A DNA stretch of 64,000 nt from Camelus ferus (lineage: Eukaryota). The stretch is taken from contig NC_045696.1 in assembly GCF_009834535.1 (NCBI RefSeq), positions 26,166,001 to 26,230,000 on the forward strand, given 5' to 3'. Positions 38,380 through 50,376 of the stretch are shown piece by piece. Every line of letters starts with the position of its first letter. The stretch's first letter is position 1. A program made the position numbers and the translations under genes. The notes below the pieces were generated by a model. It made no database searches and was not told the DNA's origin. It worked only from the letters and a program-made list of their open reading frames with translations.

Positions 38380-41160
38380 TTTGAATTAGTGTTTTTCCTT
38401 TGGGTAAATACTCAGAAGTGAAATTGCTGGATCATTTATTAGTTCTACTTTGAATTACTGGAGGAACCTCCAAACTATTTTCCATAGTAGCTACCACCAA
38501 TTTACAGTTCCACCAAGAATGCTCCAGGGTTCCCTTTTCTCTACATCCTCACTAACACCTGTTATTGTTGTCTTTTTATGCTAACTATTCTGACAGGTGT
38601 GGGGGGTGATATCTCATTGTAGTTTTAATTTGCATTTCCATGGTGATTAGTGGTATCGAGCATCTTTTCATATGTCTGTTAAACATCTCTGTGTCTTCCT
38701 TGGAAAAGCATCTGTTCAGGTTCTCTGCCCATCTCTTCAAGTTCTCTGCCTATTTATTAATTGGATTGCTTTTTTATATTGAGTTGTTATTTCTTTATAT
38801 ATTTTGAATATTAACTCCTTATCAGATATGTGATTTCCAATTATCTTCTCCCATTTAGTAGGCTGCCATTTCATTTGTTGATGGTTTCCTTCATCATGCA
38901 AAAAGATTTTAGTTTGATGTAGTCCCATTTGTTTAGTTTTGCTTTTTTTCCCCTTATCTGAGGAAATAGATGCAAAAAATATAGCTAAGATCACTGTCAA
39001 AGATCTTTTCTTTTAGAAGTTTCATGGTTTCAGGTTTTATGTTTAAGTCTTTAATCCATTTTGAGTTGTTTTTTGTTTTGTTGTTGTGCGTTTTTGGGGG
39101 GACAGGTATATGCATTGAGAAAGTCGTCCCAGTGTCATTCCTTTGCACGCAGCTGTCCAGTTTTTCCCAACACTATTTGTTGAAGAGACTGTCTTTTCCT
39201 CACTGTGTATTCTTGCCTCCTTTGTTGTAGATTAATTGATCATATAATTACTTTTTCTTTTTCTAGGCTCTCTGTTCAGTTTCATTGATCTATATATCTG
39301 TTTGTATGCCAGTACCATACTGTTTTGATTACTGTAGATATGTAGTATAATTTGAAATGAGGAAGGGTGATACCTTCAGCTTTGTTCTTTCTCAAAAAAA
39401 AAAAAAAAAGCCATTGGTATTTTAATAGGAATGAATTGAATCTGTACATTGCCTTGGGTTGTATGGACATTTTAATGATATTAATTCTTCCAATCCATGA
39501 GCACAGTGTATCTTTCCATTTGTTTATGTCATCTTTTTTTTTTTTTCCCCCATCAATGTCTTATAGCTTTCAGAATACAGGAGAGTTTAACCTCCTTGAT
39601 TAGATTTATTCCTAGGTATTTTATTCTCAGTGCAATTGTAAAGAGGATTGTGATGTTAATTTCTTTTTCTGATAGTTAATTATTAGTGCATAGAAATTCA
39701 ACAGATTGTTTTTGTTTCCTGCAACTTTACTGAATTTATTTATTTGTTCTAACAGATTCTGGTGGAGCTTTTAGCATCTTCTATGTATTGTATCATGTTA
39801 TCTGTAAGCTGTGACAGTTTGACGACTTCTTTTCCAATTTAGATTATTTTTCTTTCTTTTTTCTTTTTTTTTTTCTGATTGCTATGGCTAAGACTTCCAT
39901 TATTATGTTGAATAAAATTGGCAAGAGTGGGCATCATTCTCTTGTTTCAGATCTTATGGGGAATGCTTTTATCTTTTCACCACTGAGTATGATGTTCACT
40001 CTGGGTTTGTCATATATGGCCTTTATTATGTTGAGGTATGTTCCCTCTACACCCATTTTGTTGAGAGTTTTTTTATCATAAATGGATATTGAATTTTGTC
40101 AGAATTTTTCTGCATCTATTGAGCTAATCATATGATTTTTATCCTTCATTTTGTTAATATGGTGTATCACACTGATTGATTTGTAGATTGAACTATTCTT
40201 GCATCCCTAGGGCAAATCCCACTTCATCATGGTGTATGACCCTTTTAATGTATCCTTAAATTAAATTTGCTGATATTTTGTTGAGGATTTTTGCATCTAT
40301 GTTTATCTGGAATATTGACCTATAATTTTCTTTTTCTGTAGTGTCTTTATTTAGTTTTGAATTCAGAGGAATGCTGGCCTCATAGGATGAATTTGGAAGC
40401 ATTCCTTCCTCCTCAATATTTTGGAATAGTTTGAGAAGGACTGGTGTTAACTTTTATTTAAATGTTTGGTATAATTACCCTTTGAAAAAGTCTAGTCCAG
40501 GACTTTCACTTGCTGAGAGGTTTTTTGTTTTGTTTTGTTTTGTTTTGTTTAGTACTAATCAATTTCATTACTAGTGCTCAGTCTGTTCACATTTTCTCTT
40601 TCTTGATTCAGTCTTAAAAGATTTTATGTTTGTAGGAATTGATCCATTTTTTTCTATGTTGTCTAATTTGTTAGCATATAATTGTAGTAATCTCTCATGA
40701 TCCTTTGTAGTTTTGTGGTGGTGTTTATAGAATCTCCTCTTTAATTTCTGATTTTATTTATCTGGACCCTCTCCCCCCCCCCTTCCTTAGTCTGGCTAGG
40801 GGTTTATCAATTTTGTTTATCTTTTCAAAGAACAAGTACTTAGTTTTATTGATTTTTTTTTTTACTATTTCATTTATTTCTGCTCTAATCTTTATTATTT
40901 CCTTTCTTCTACTGACTTTGGGTTTTGTTTGTTCCTCTTTTTCTAATTCCTTTAGATGTAATGTTACATTGTTTATTTGACATTTTTTTGGTTTCCTAAG
41001 GTAGACCTGTATCACTACAGACTTCCCTCTTAGAACTGAACTGCTTTTGCTATTTGCCATCAATTTCAGAGTGCTATGTTTCTATTTTCATTTGTCTCCA
41101 GGTATTTTTGATTTCTACTTTTATTTATCCAATGAATCATTGGTTGATCAGTAGCAAATA
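38380..41160 (-). pseudogene. Disrupted L1 ORF2 (reverse transcriptase) remnant
   Basis: ORF track pieces 40758-41063, 39282-39470, 38954-39148 and 38737-39000 resemble successive ORF2 segments in different frames, with stops and indels. Confidence 0.9.
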
Positions 41161-41367
41161 TTTATTACTACCCTAAGTAATTACATTTTTGGTGTGCCCA
41201 TGGGAGGAGGTAAGTTCAAGGTTTTCCTACTCCACCATCTTGATCTCTTCTCCATCTGTATTTCCACTTTTGAACTGCTAGTTCAAGCATAAGAAAGAAG
41301 CAATATATTCTCAAAAAAAATCTTTTTTCAAATTTTATCCTCACTGGAAGTATCAAAGGTAAACAGA

Positions 41368-41798
41368 TGTGTTAGTTTTCAAAACAAAGTGCAATAAACT
41401 TGTTGGCTTAAAATAGAAATGTATTCTCTCATAATTCTTAAGTCAAGAAATCTGAAGTTAAGGTGTTAGCAGGGCCATATTCCCCCTGAGACTCAATAGA
41501 ATACATCCTTTCCTCTTTCTGGCTTCTGGTGGGTAGCTCTCAATTCTTGGTGCTTTTGACTTGTAGCTATGTAACTTTTGGCTTCCATCTTCAAAGGGCA
41601 ATCTTTTCTTGTATTTTCACACCTTTTTTTTAAGTATATTGATCATGTTGAGTTAAGAATTCACACTACTTCAGTATTCCCTCGTCTTAACTGATTTACC
41701 TCTGCTACAAACCTATTTTCAAACAAGGTGACAGTCTGAATTACTGGTTGTTAAGACTTCAATATACTGTTTTGTGGGACACAACTCAACCCTTAACA
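41368..41798 (-). mobile_element. MaLR solo LTR, MLT1B/C-like
   Basis: ggcttaaaatagaaatgtattctctca, aaggtgttagcagggccat, ggcttctggtgg, cctattttcaaacaaggt, gggacacaactcaacccttaaca. Confidence 0.88.
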
Positions 41799-44124
41799 AC
41801 CAGGAAAACAAAATAAAGCAGTCTTTATAAGCTTCAGGTTTTATTCTTGACCTTGGTAAATATTCAGCATTAAAAAAAGTTAAAGTTACATTAAGATGTA
41901 AATAACTTGATGTATATGTACAATTCATCTATAAATGCTATGCTTTATTTCTGAGTAGTACACACACTTTAAATTATTAGCATTTATTATTATGTACTGA
42001 GATTTTATATCTAGATAATCTCTTTAGAAAAATAGACTTAAAAAATATCACTCCAATAAAGAAACCAAAGGCATAAAATTTTATTACCTTTCCTAGAATT
42101 CCTTGTTCAGAATAGCTTATAGTATTCATATCAAATAATTATTGTATAAATAACCTCTTGGTGAGATAAATTGTTATAATACGCCTGCAAGACATGCAAA
42201 ATCTTTGTAGCAAAAGCTGTTGATGAGTTTGTTTTGTGTTCCTTTTTATTTTGTTGTTCCATTTTGTTTTGCTTTGTTTTTGTCCCTGGCAGAAAGCCTT
42301 AATGGAAACAAAATTGTTCTTCTCGTGTTTAATGATTAGAGTTCTTTCTCACCCTGACTTCCTGCTCCATCTTGAATAGAAAGTGGTGCATGAGTATCTA
42401 AATAGGAATCAAATGTTCTTGGGAAAAGTTGCAAAAGAAGCAAGAAAACAACTGGATTTTATTCACTTCTCAGGGACACGTTCATTGAACTGCTAAAGCT
42501 GAAGCACCTGGGAAAATCTGTCTAGGCGGGCAGGGATGTGAACAATAATGGAAAATGCATTTGTATGTCAGCTTAGAGGGCTGGGAACTATTATACACCG
42601 TGGTTGGAGTGTGATCAAGTGAAATTCAAAAGAGAGATTATTTCAGAACCTTATAGCATAACAATAAAATTTAGAAAGCAGATGAATGTGTGTGTCTGTC
42701 CTTTCAGGCAGAAAGCATCTGTTTTAGAAAAACAAAATTTACCTATGATGATTTAAACACTTCAAATATGCCTTTCCAGAGTATTCTGCAATTATTCCCA
42801 TCCAGTGAGCCTTCAGAAATCAAAGATCACTGAAGAACACCTTTACCTGTAAAAGTGTAAATGTGTGATGGGGTTGGGTTGCCTACCAGAACAGATAGTG
42901 TAGAGAAGACAAATATAGACTGCTCAGGAAAGGAAAGCAGTTAAAATACAGATTTCTTAATTCAGTCCTTCAGTCAGAGAAAAAGGACAATACATAGGTG
43001 CTAAGTGTAGAAATTGAAGTACTAAATTTCTGCTGTGTTCCCAGCATTACTAGGGATGGAGTCCCCCACTTTCCACTTGAGCACTCAAGGTAATATCACT
43101 AGCATACAGTGGCCTGACCAAACCTTCATTAATCAAGTGCAGGGAGATGGGTGTTAGGATGGGTGGGAGAGGGAGCTCCTTAGATATTCCAGTTGCAGGT
43201 GCAGTAATTTGCAAGAATTAGAAAGTAATTAAACCCCACCAAATTTAGAAGCCCTAGAAGGATTTATTTTACCCAGAAGTAGCCAGGAATTTGACACTTG
43301 TAGAAAATTAGATTGTATAAAACAAAAATTTATTGATCATACTTTTTTTTATGAGATGCAAGATAGATAGGAAGGGTGTTAAAAATAAATTTGCCTAGGT
43401 AAATAAAATAAATGAACTTTGTCAGCATTCTTTATTATTAAATGTTCTGTGTGTTACCTTGAGCTTGTATAGATAATGATAAGTATCTGTAGTTTGTCAA
43501 TAAATTTCTTTGTGATAGTCTAGTGCAAGTCTGTTAGAAGCATTGAAAATGCTAGGAGTTGTTTTTTTTTTAAATACTGACTTTTTTTTTTTAAGTTACA
43601 GACATAAAATTGTGACATATAACTTGCTATTAGCTTTAATTCAAACTAAATCTATATTCTAAGAAGCAAAGTGATTTATTTTCACAAAACTTCAAGATCC
43701 CCTCCCCTTCCCTCCCTTCTAAGTAAATTGCTGTACCTGTATCCCATCCCCACTTTCCCTCAGCTTAGTTCTTTGCACTTTTATGTCACCACATTTTATA
43801 TTTTTGGGAGAATCCAAAGGTTTTCATAGAGACTCAGAACTAGTTGCTAAATCTGTTTTATCTGCATGTTGTTTGGTCCTTTTTTGGTTTGTTTTCTGAT
43901 TAGATTAGTTTGTTGGTAGTTTGTTTTTGATTCTGGTGATTTTCTTATTTCTAACATTATGACCTTTTCAATTTCATAGGCAAGCATTATTACATTAAAA
44001 TGCCATATCCCTTCATTTCTGTCAGTCACCTTCTTTGATAATTTTATTGTCTGTTTATACTAATGCCTAGTTAGAACCTCAATAATCAAGTCAAATTTAC
44101 TTTTCATTAGAGACCTCATTAAAC

Positions 44125-44334
44125 TAGGGTTGCCGGATTGAATGCAGGATGTCCAGTTAAATTTGAATTTCAGATAAACAACAAATTGTTTTTTTTCTTA
44201 CTATTGAGACAAAATTTTTGTATGGAACATGCCTATATTGAAAAAGTATTTGTTGTTCATCTTAAATTCAGATTTCAGAGATCATTCTGTTTTACTTATT
44301 TGTATATTTATTTTATTTTCATCTGACAACACTG
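44125..44334. mobile_element. MER53 palindromic hAT MITE
   Basis: agggttgccgga...caggatgtccagttaaatttgaatttcagataaacaac...ttgttgttcatcttaaattcagattt...atctgacaacact; arms are inverted repeats. Confidence 0.88.
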
Positions 44335-44461
44335 CTTTAAAGGAAATAAGTATTTAAAAAGTTATTAATTAAAAATGTACATCATATCCTCTTTAAATAC
44401 ATTTGTAATTGACCCTAATGGCTTGTGGGGGAGTGATAAACATAGACTTAGGATCTTGCTA

Positions 44462-45700
44462 GTGTTCGTTCATTAACTCACTTCACAAATGTTCACTGAG
44501 TATCAAAGGGATGAGCAAAACAAACAAAATTCCTTCCTTTGCAGAATTTATAACTTAATGGAGAAGAATATTAAATAAATAATCTTATATAGTAAACTAT
44601 AATAGATCCAGTAAAGGAGAAGGATACCATTCATAGGACAGAGGGCCAAACTAATAGTTGGAGAAGGAGGGTGTGGTAAGACTTCCCTGAAGAAGTGAAA
44701 GTAGAGCTAAAACCAAAGCCTAAATGGGACTAACTGGGCAAGGAACAGGTAAGAAAAGAAAGTGGATTTCCATGTAAATGGGAACATTAGGAGCAGAGGA
44801 ATTGAAAGCAGGCATCTGTGAGCAGTGAGCAGAAAGTGTTACTTAAGAGGCTGCAGAGAAAGTCTTTAACCAGAGAAAGTGGGACCCAGCAGGCCATTTT
44901 GTAAAAAACAATGGGAAGACTTTCCAAAGCTTAAGAGAGAGATAAGATTTGCATTTGAAAAGATAAAATCTAGCTGCTTGAAGGAGAGATTAGAGCGACT
45001 GAAAGGTTTATAGACCGTTTTCTGGGTGGTCATTATATCCCTTCAGCTAAAAGACCATGGATAGTCTACAACAGAGATGGGGAGATTTTTCTGTAAAGTG
45101 CTGCATAGTAAATGTTTTAGGAGTTGCCTGCTCACAGTCTCTGTTGCAACTACTCAGGACTTCATTGTTAGTGCCAGAGCAATCACAGATGATATATAAA
45201 TGAAGAAGCATGTTTATCTTCCAATAAAACAATTTTTATTGATCCTAAAATTTGAATTCCATGTAATTTAATGTGTCATGATATAGTAATCTCCTGTTTG
45301 TTTGTTTGTTTGTTTTTACCTTTAAAGATTTTAAAAGCATTTTTATCTGTGGGCTATATGAAAACAGCACTCTTCCATGTTTTTTTGAAGTCTATTTAGG
45401 GGAAAGTTAGATGGTTCTGAGAGCTATTCTGGAGGGAAAATTAAAAGAAACGTTAATAGCTTAAGTATGGAGGTTGAAGAAGATAGGTGTCCAAAGATCT
45501 CTCAAGTTTCTGATCTGTAAAGTTGGCCAGATGGATGGTAGAGCTATACCCTGAAACAGGCAAAGGAGTCTAAAGGGAGAAATCATGAATTAGGAAACAC
45601 TGAGTTTTGTCATGTCTCTGAACCATACATATGGAGATACTGAATAGTGTTAGAAAATATTTCAGCTAGAACTAAAAAATGGGCAATCACAATTACCAGG
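44462..45700 (-). mobile_element. L2 3' region, interrupted by MER58
   Basis: ttcgttcattaactca...caaatgttcactgagta, gacttccctgaagaagtga, aacaatgggaagac, agatttgcatttgaaaagata. Confidence 0.75.
45072..45368. mobile_element. MER58 (B-like) hAT MITE, opposite orientation to the 22888 copy
   Basis: ttttctgtaaag...atagtaaatgttttagg...gtctctgttgcaactactca...ttccaataaaac...aaatttgaattccatgtaattt. Confidence 0.85.
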
Positions 45701-46164
45701 CACTTGAAGCCTACAGAGGCTGACTTCTTTTCTATAATACTTCATTTCTGAGGTCTTTCTAATACTTCCCTATTCTGTATTTTCTTCACTTTTTTGATAT
45801 TTTCTGATATTATTTTTATGTCTTTTGGTGGTTCTCAGCACTGCTCCCTATCACCACCAACTGAACTAGCCTCACTGTCGTGCTGATATTTTTTGGTCTG
45901 GTGCTTCCCAGCCATTGGACCTTACCTCACAGATGAGTTGCGTGTTATCCATAAGACACTGAGGAGGAGGTTTGGTAGGTCCATGAGTAGGCTGGCCCCA
46001 GTCATCAAATATAGCTACAAGCAGCCTCTTTCATTTCCTTTGGTGTGGGCAGTACCAGTGTGTTACCATTTTCTACATGTGCCTTGACTTGGAAAAGTTT
46101 AAGGAATGCTGATTGACTCGCAAGGAATAAGTCAATAACAATCATATCAGAGTGTGTGTAAGGA

Positions 46165-46358
46165 AATAAATATTAGAAAGAAGATTATTTTGGGGTCAGA
46201 ATACTGGTTCTACCACATACCAGCCGATATATCCTTGGTCACACAGTTTCTCTAAGCTTCAATGTACTGATTTGTAAACAGAGATTAATGATATTAAAAA
46301 TAATAATTTATTGTGTTTATTGAGATTATTTAATGAGATAATGTTTTTAATTCCTTGC
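46165..46358 (+). mobile_element. MIR SINE, cut at its 3' end by the LTR
   Basis: ttttggggtcaga...ctggttctaccac...ccttgg...tttgtaaacagagattaat...gagattatttaatgagataatgt. Confidence 0.8.
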
Positions 46359-46362
46359 ATGA

Positions 46363-46837
46363 TGTTGGGGGGAAATCTTCCTCTAGCAAGTCCAAGTGGT
46401 TAAGGACCTGCAAATTAAGTGACAACAGATTAACAAGAGAAACCTTAATTGACATGCATAGGGGAGTACCCAGTAGTGAGTAACTTGCTGAATAGCCATG
46501 GGCAAGGGTAGGTATACCAGCTTAACAAAAATGAGAGATTGGAACTTCAGTAGGAAAATGTGAAGGGTTCCATTTGGCATTTTCATCCTGAAGACAATGC
46601 GCAGTCTCCCTTCTGGCTGGAAGCCCCTCAAGAGGGAATTTATGGCAGCCGAATTTGTACCTCGCAGTGCTAAGGATCAGTCTCATTTCAAGTTGGAAAC
46701 TCCCTTGGAGAAGGTTTAATGGCAGCTGTATTTTTAGGAGGCTCTCCTTAAGTTTAGATAAGGTTTCTTTCTGCAGCTGTAGTTTGTTTAGGTAATTTTA
46801 ATCTTTGTACCATTTGGATTGGTCTTTGGTCCCTTCA
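46363..46837 (-). mobile_element. ERV1-class solo LTR (MER34/39-like), 475 bp, 4-bp TSD
   Basis: Reverse strand TGAAGGGACC...TTTCCCCCCAACA (TG...CA); ATGA at both 46359-46362 and 46838-46841; internal cagattaacaagagaaa motif. Confidence 0.85.
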
Positions 46838-49159
46838 ATGACTGTACTAGACCGTATCTAACTAGTTGCCCCACCCCTACAACTAGACTATAAAGGATTG
46901 TTCTGTCTTCTTAGAATGACTCATTGTTTTGTGTAACTTTTACTTTGTATAACACCTCTGAGATTCAACAAACAAGTTATGTGTGGAAAGGAATTCCAGA
47001 TTTCCTGGCTATCTGTAAACCATTCACATGGGCAATAATAAAATTCATAGTGAATTTTGAATCACGTTCACATTTTTGTACTAACACGAGGATGCTCTTA
47101 TGGTGTACCCCAGACTCAATTACAGTGCCTTCAGTGAATTATTCTAGCTAACCCAAGGACGTGGAGATATGAATAGAAGCTCTAAGCCGACTATTAGACA
47201 GTGCATTCCATTAGGGAGGAGAAAAAAGTATTGACTAGCAAAATTTTGAATATCTGAAATCCAAGGGAGTTGTAAGGACTAGAGAAAATACTTTCGACTG
47301 AGGTTTTTTGTTTTTGTTTTTGTTTTTTCTCTCTACTTCTTTTTAAAGAGCAGTTCAGCATAAAATAATCTGATAAGAGAGCAGTCTGGATGATTATTCT
47401 GCTTTTGTTAGGATAACCAAAATGAGAGTACAACCAAAGTGATTTTTTTGTTGTCGAGTTTGTGAAAAGAAATATTTATTATAATAAATTCACTTATCCA
47501 CCTATGGACCTTAGAATAATTTGAAGAAACTTGCAGGTCTTCTAGAAAATACAATTCATCTCGGGTAGGGATTTCTGCTCAGGGACCTTCCTCACCCTGA
47601 AGCTCTAGCACTTTCCTGATTATAACCTAATTGCCCACTGTTGTTTCTATACATACATAGCACATTGGAGTGTTCTTGTGTGGATATATACATTAAAAAC
47701 TACAAGTAAGAAATCTGTGCACAATTCTTACTGCACTGGTAGAACTGGTGATTAACCAAAGTGAAAAGTTCATCAGGCGTAAGTGTCCATTTCTAAGGAG
47801 AGAACTAGTGTATTCCTTTAATAGCTCAGTAAGGTTAATAGCTGAGTGTTTGATAGTTTTCTTAGATGAGTAATAAAAAGAAAAGACATCCAGCATGAAA
47901 AAATTGAAGGTGTTGTGAAGAAGCCAAGAGACATCTTCTTCATTTTACTGTGAAATTATCAAGAGGAGATGGAGTCTCAACCTTTGAGATCAGCAATAGT
48001 AATTTTCTGTGGTTCTGTGGGACATGCTATGCTTAGCAACGAAACTGTGTGTAATAAACTCTGTGGTTGAAATATTACCTCCAGCTTTCAGAACTTTATT
48101 CTGTTTATCGTCTCAAAGGGATTCTGATTTCATTTTAACTCTTAGAGTGCTAAGAATTACCAGTGTCTGACACTTCTAGTACCTCACTTGTGGTTCTTTA
48201 TGTGAATATTTGACTAGTGAGCCTCTGAATTTTATGGAAGTCTTTAGTAGAGATGGCAAACGAGTGTTTTGGTTAATCGTATAGTTTTATGGGAACTTAA
48301 TTTTTCTTCCATCTAATAATATTAACCTATCAAATTACCAGAGAAATTTTATTTATAAGGCGATATTTTCAGTGTTTATGCCTTGTCTGGTATTTACGGT
48401 ATTTGTGTAAACATTTTCTTTGAGTATTCGTGATACACGTATCAAGTGTTTGTGTATTAAACAGATTCTGGTTATAAATCTTTCACATGCATAGCTTATA
48501 AAACTCGTACACCTTGATTCTATTTTTATGTTTTCTTCATACTAAATTTCAATCATTATTTTTTTTTCTTATTGCAAACATTTTGGGTGTAACTTTAGTT
48601 AACAACAGTTTTAAAAGGGAAATCAAAATTGATCATCCAAGAGCACATATAACTTTTGGGTTATTTTTATTATCCATTCATACGTGTTTATAAGCACCTG
48701 TGTATATATAATATAGATACTTAATATATACATATATATTTGAAACTTTGTTCATACAATGACTGGTTTGGGGAATATGAAATGAGCTTCTCCCTCATAT
48801 GAGATAGAAATAAAAAGAAAAAAATTGAACATTGAGTCTGGTCATCAGTGGCCAGCAGCTTTATCGAATTCCAAGGATCGTTTACCCATTAGTTGATACT
48901 TCTCTGGATATGTTATACTTAATGTTATAGTTTTCTGAATATATTAATGTTCAGAAAAGGATTACTTCAAATTACTAGATAATATGCCCACTTGAGGTGC
49001 CCACTTACCAATGCTTAATATTTTCTTGCCAATTCACATTCCAGGATTTGATTTGAGTGGATTACTGGGGCATTCCACCTTTTATGAACCACAGAATCTT
49101 AATCCACATCACTGGTTGTCCTTCTATATATATCCATAGCAATAGAAAAAAAGGTAGAC

Positions 49160-49300
49160 AGTAGAAACAGTACTGAAGGAGACAGTGAAGAAAGACAGGG
49201 AGAGGAAGACAGAATGATGGAAGGAGAAAGAGAGTAAAGGAGAGAGAGAATGAAGGAGGGATGGAGGGAGGGGAGGGTAGAAGAAAGGAAAAGAAAAGAG
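49160..49300. repeat. GA-rich low-complexity tract
   Basis: Directly visible purine-rich run. Confidence 0.85.
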
Positions 49301-50331
49301 TATTACTGAAAAGTGCCAGAGTAATGCATAGTCAATTCCTACGTGGGGAAGAAGATAATAAACAGAAAAGAAAGGTACAGTTTTAAGAGTTACTAAAAGA
49401 AGCCTCATTTCTTTTCATCTCTGAGTTTGATGTTAAGAATTCTCTTCACATAATACATTTTAACAACATTTCTATGCTGATTATAGTTTATAGGCAAGAA
49501 GGAAGTAAGTACGGGGCCCCGTTTTAAAGCTGAAAAATATCTCTTGGACAACAGATAATCTTTTCATTTTGTGTAAAACATAGTTGTTTCTTCCAACTTC
49601 GAAAAAGAACAGTAAACTATTCTTACACAACATGTAAATTAAAGTTGATTTTTTTTTCTGCTTTGAATGGAAACATGCAATTCTCACTCAGTAGAGGCAA
49701 TCAGTGAAGCCTTAAAGGAAGATCTTGCTGGTTGCTTGTAGGTTGGTTGGAAACTGTTATCATTAGATTTGCATTAAATGCAGTTCCTTCCGCTTAAGAT
49801 AGGATGATTGGCAGGGATTAAGGCTTTATAACTAAAGAAGTTCTAAGCCAAGCTTTTCTTTTTCATGAATAATATCTACTCCCTTATTTATTAATGGTGT
49901 TTCTGACAGCTGACAGTTCAAGAACTATATGTGCTACTGTATTAACTATTAGAGTTCTCTGTTTAGATGAAGTGAAAGTGGCATATATTTTTCCTACTGA
50001 CCCAACCAGCTATGTTAAAATTATGATAAGAAATGAACTTATTGTAACAAAATCATAATTGAAGCAAGACATGTTTATTATTTTAGATTTCTTTTTTAAT
50101 TTGGAATGGACAGGGCAATGTTATTTGGGAGAAAATTTTGCAAAGACTATCAAGCCATATTTAATAATATCTTTTCCAGTACTATTCCTACTTAGTGATT
50201 TATTTATGTAATAATGGTGAATCAAATAGATACAAATGATATTGCCTCTAGAGTTTATTTAGGTTCTGTTGAACTTACCAATTGTTCTCTGTAAAGGTGT
50301 GTCTATATATCTCTATATCTTTTATCTTGAC

Positions 50332-50376
<45 letters not shown>
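50332..50376. repeat. (ATCT)11 tetranucleotide STR
   Basis: Directly visible perfect run. Confidence 0.95.

Larger units (their letters stand above)
37947..41250 (-). mobile_element. LINE-1 (L1MA9/L1_Art-like), about 3.3 kb, internally deleted: 5' tip + ORF2 (post-EN to end) + partial 3'UTR
   Basis: ORF2 peptides [78 protein letters not shown]; reverse strand at 41245 reads CAAGATGGTGGAGTAGGAA (L1 5' terminus with YY1-like site). Confidence 0.95.
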
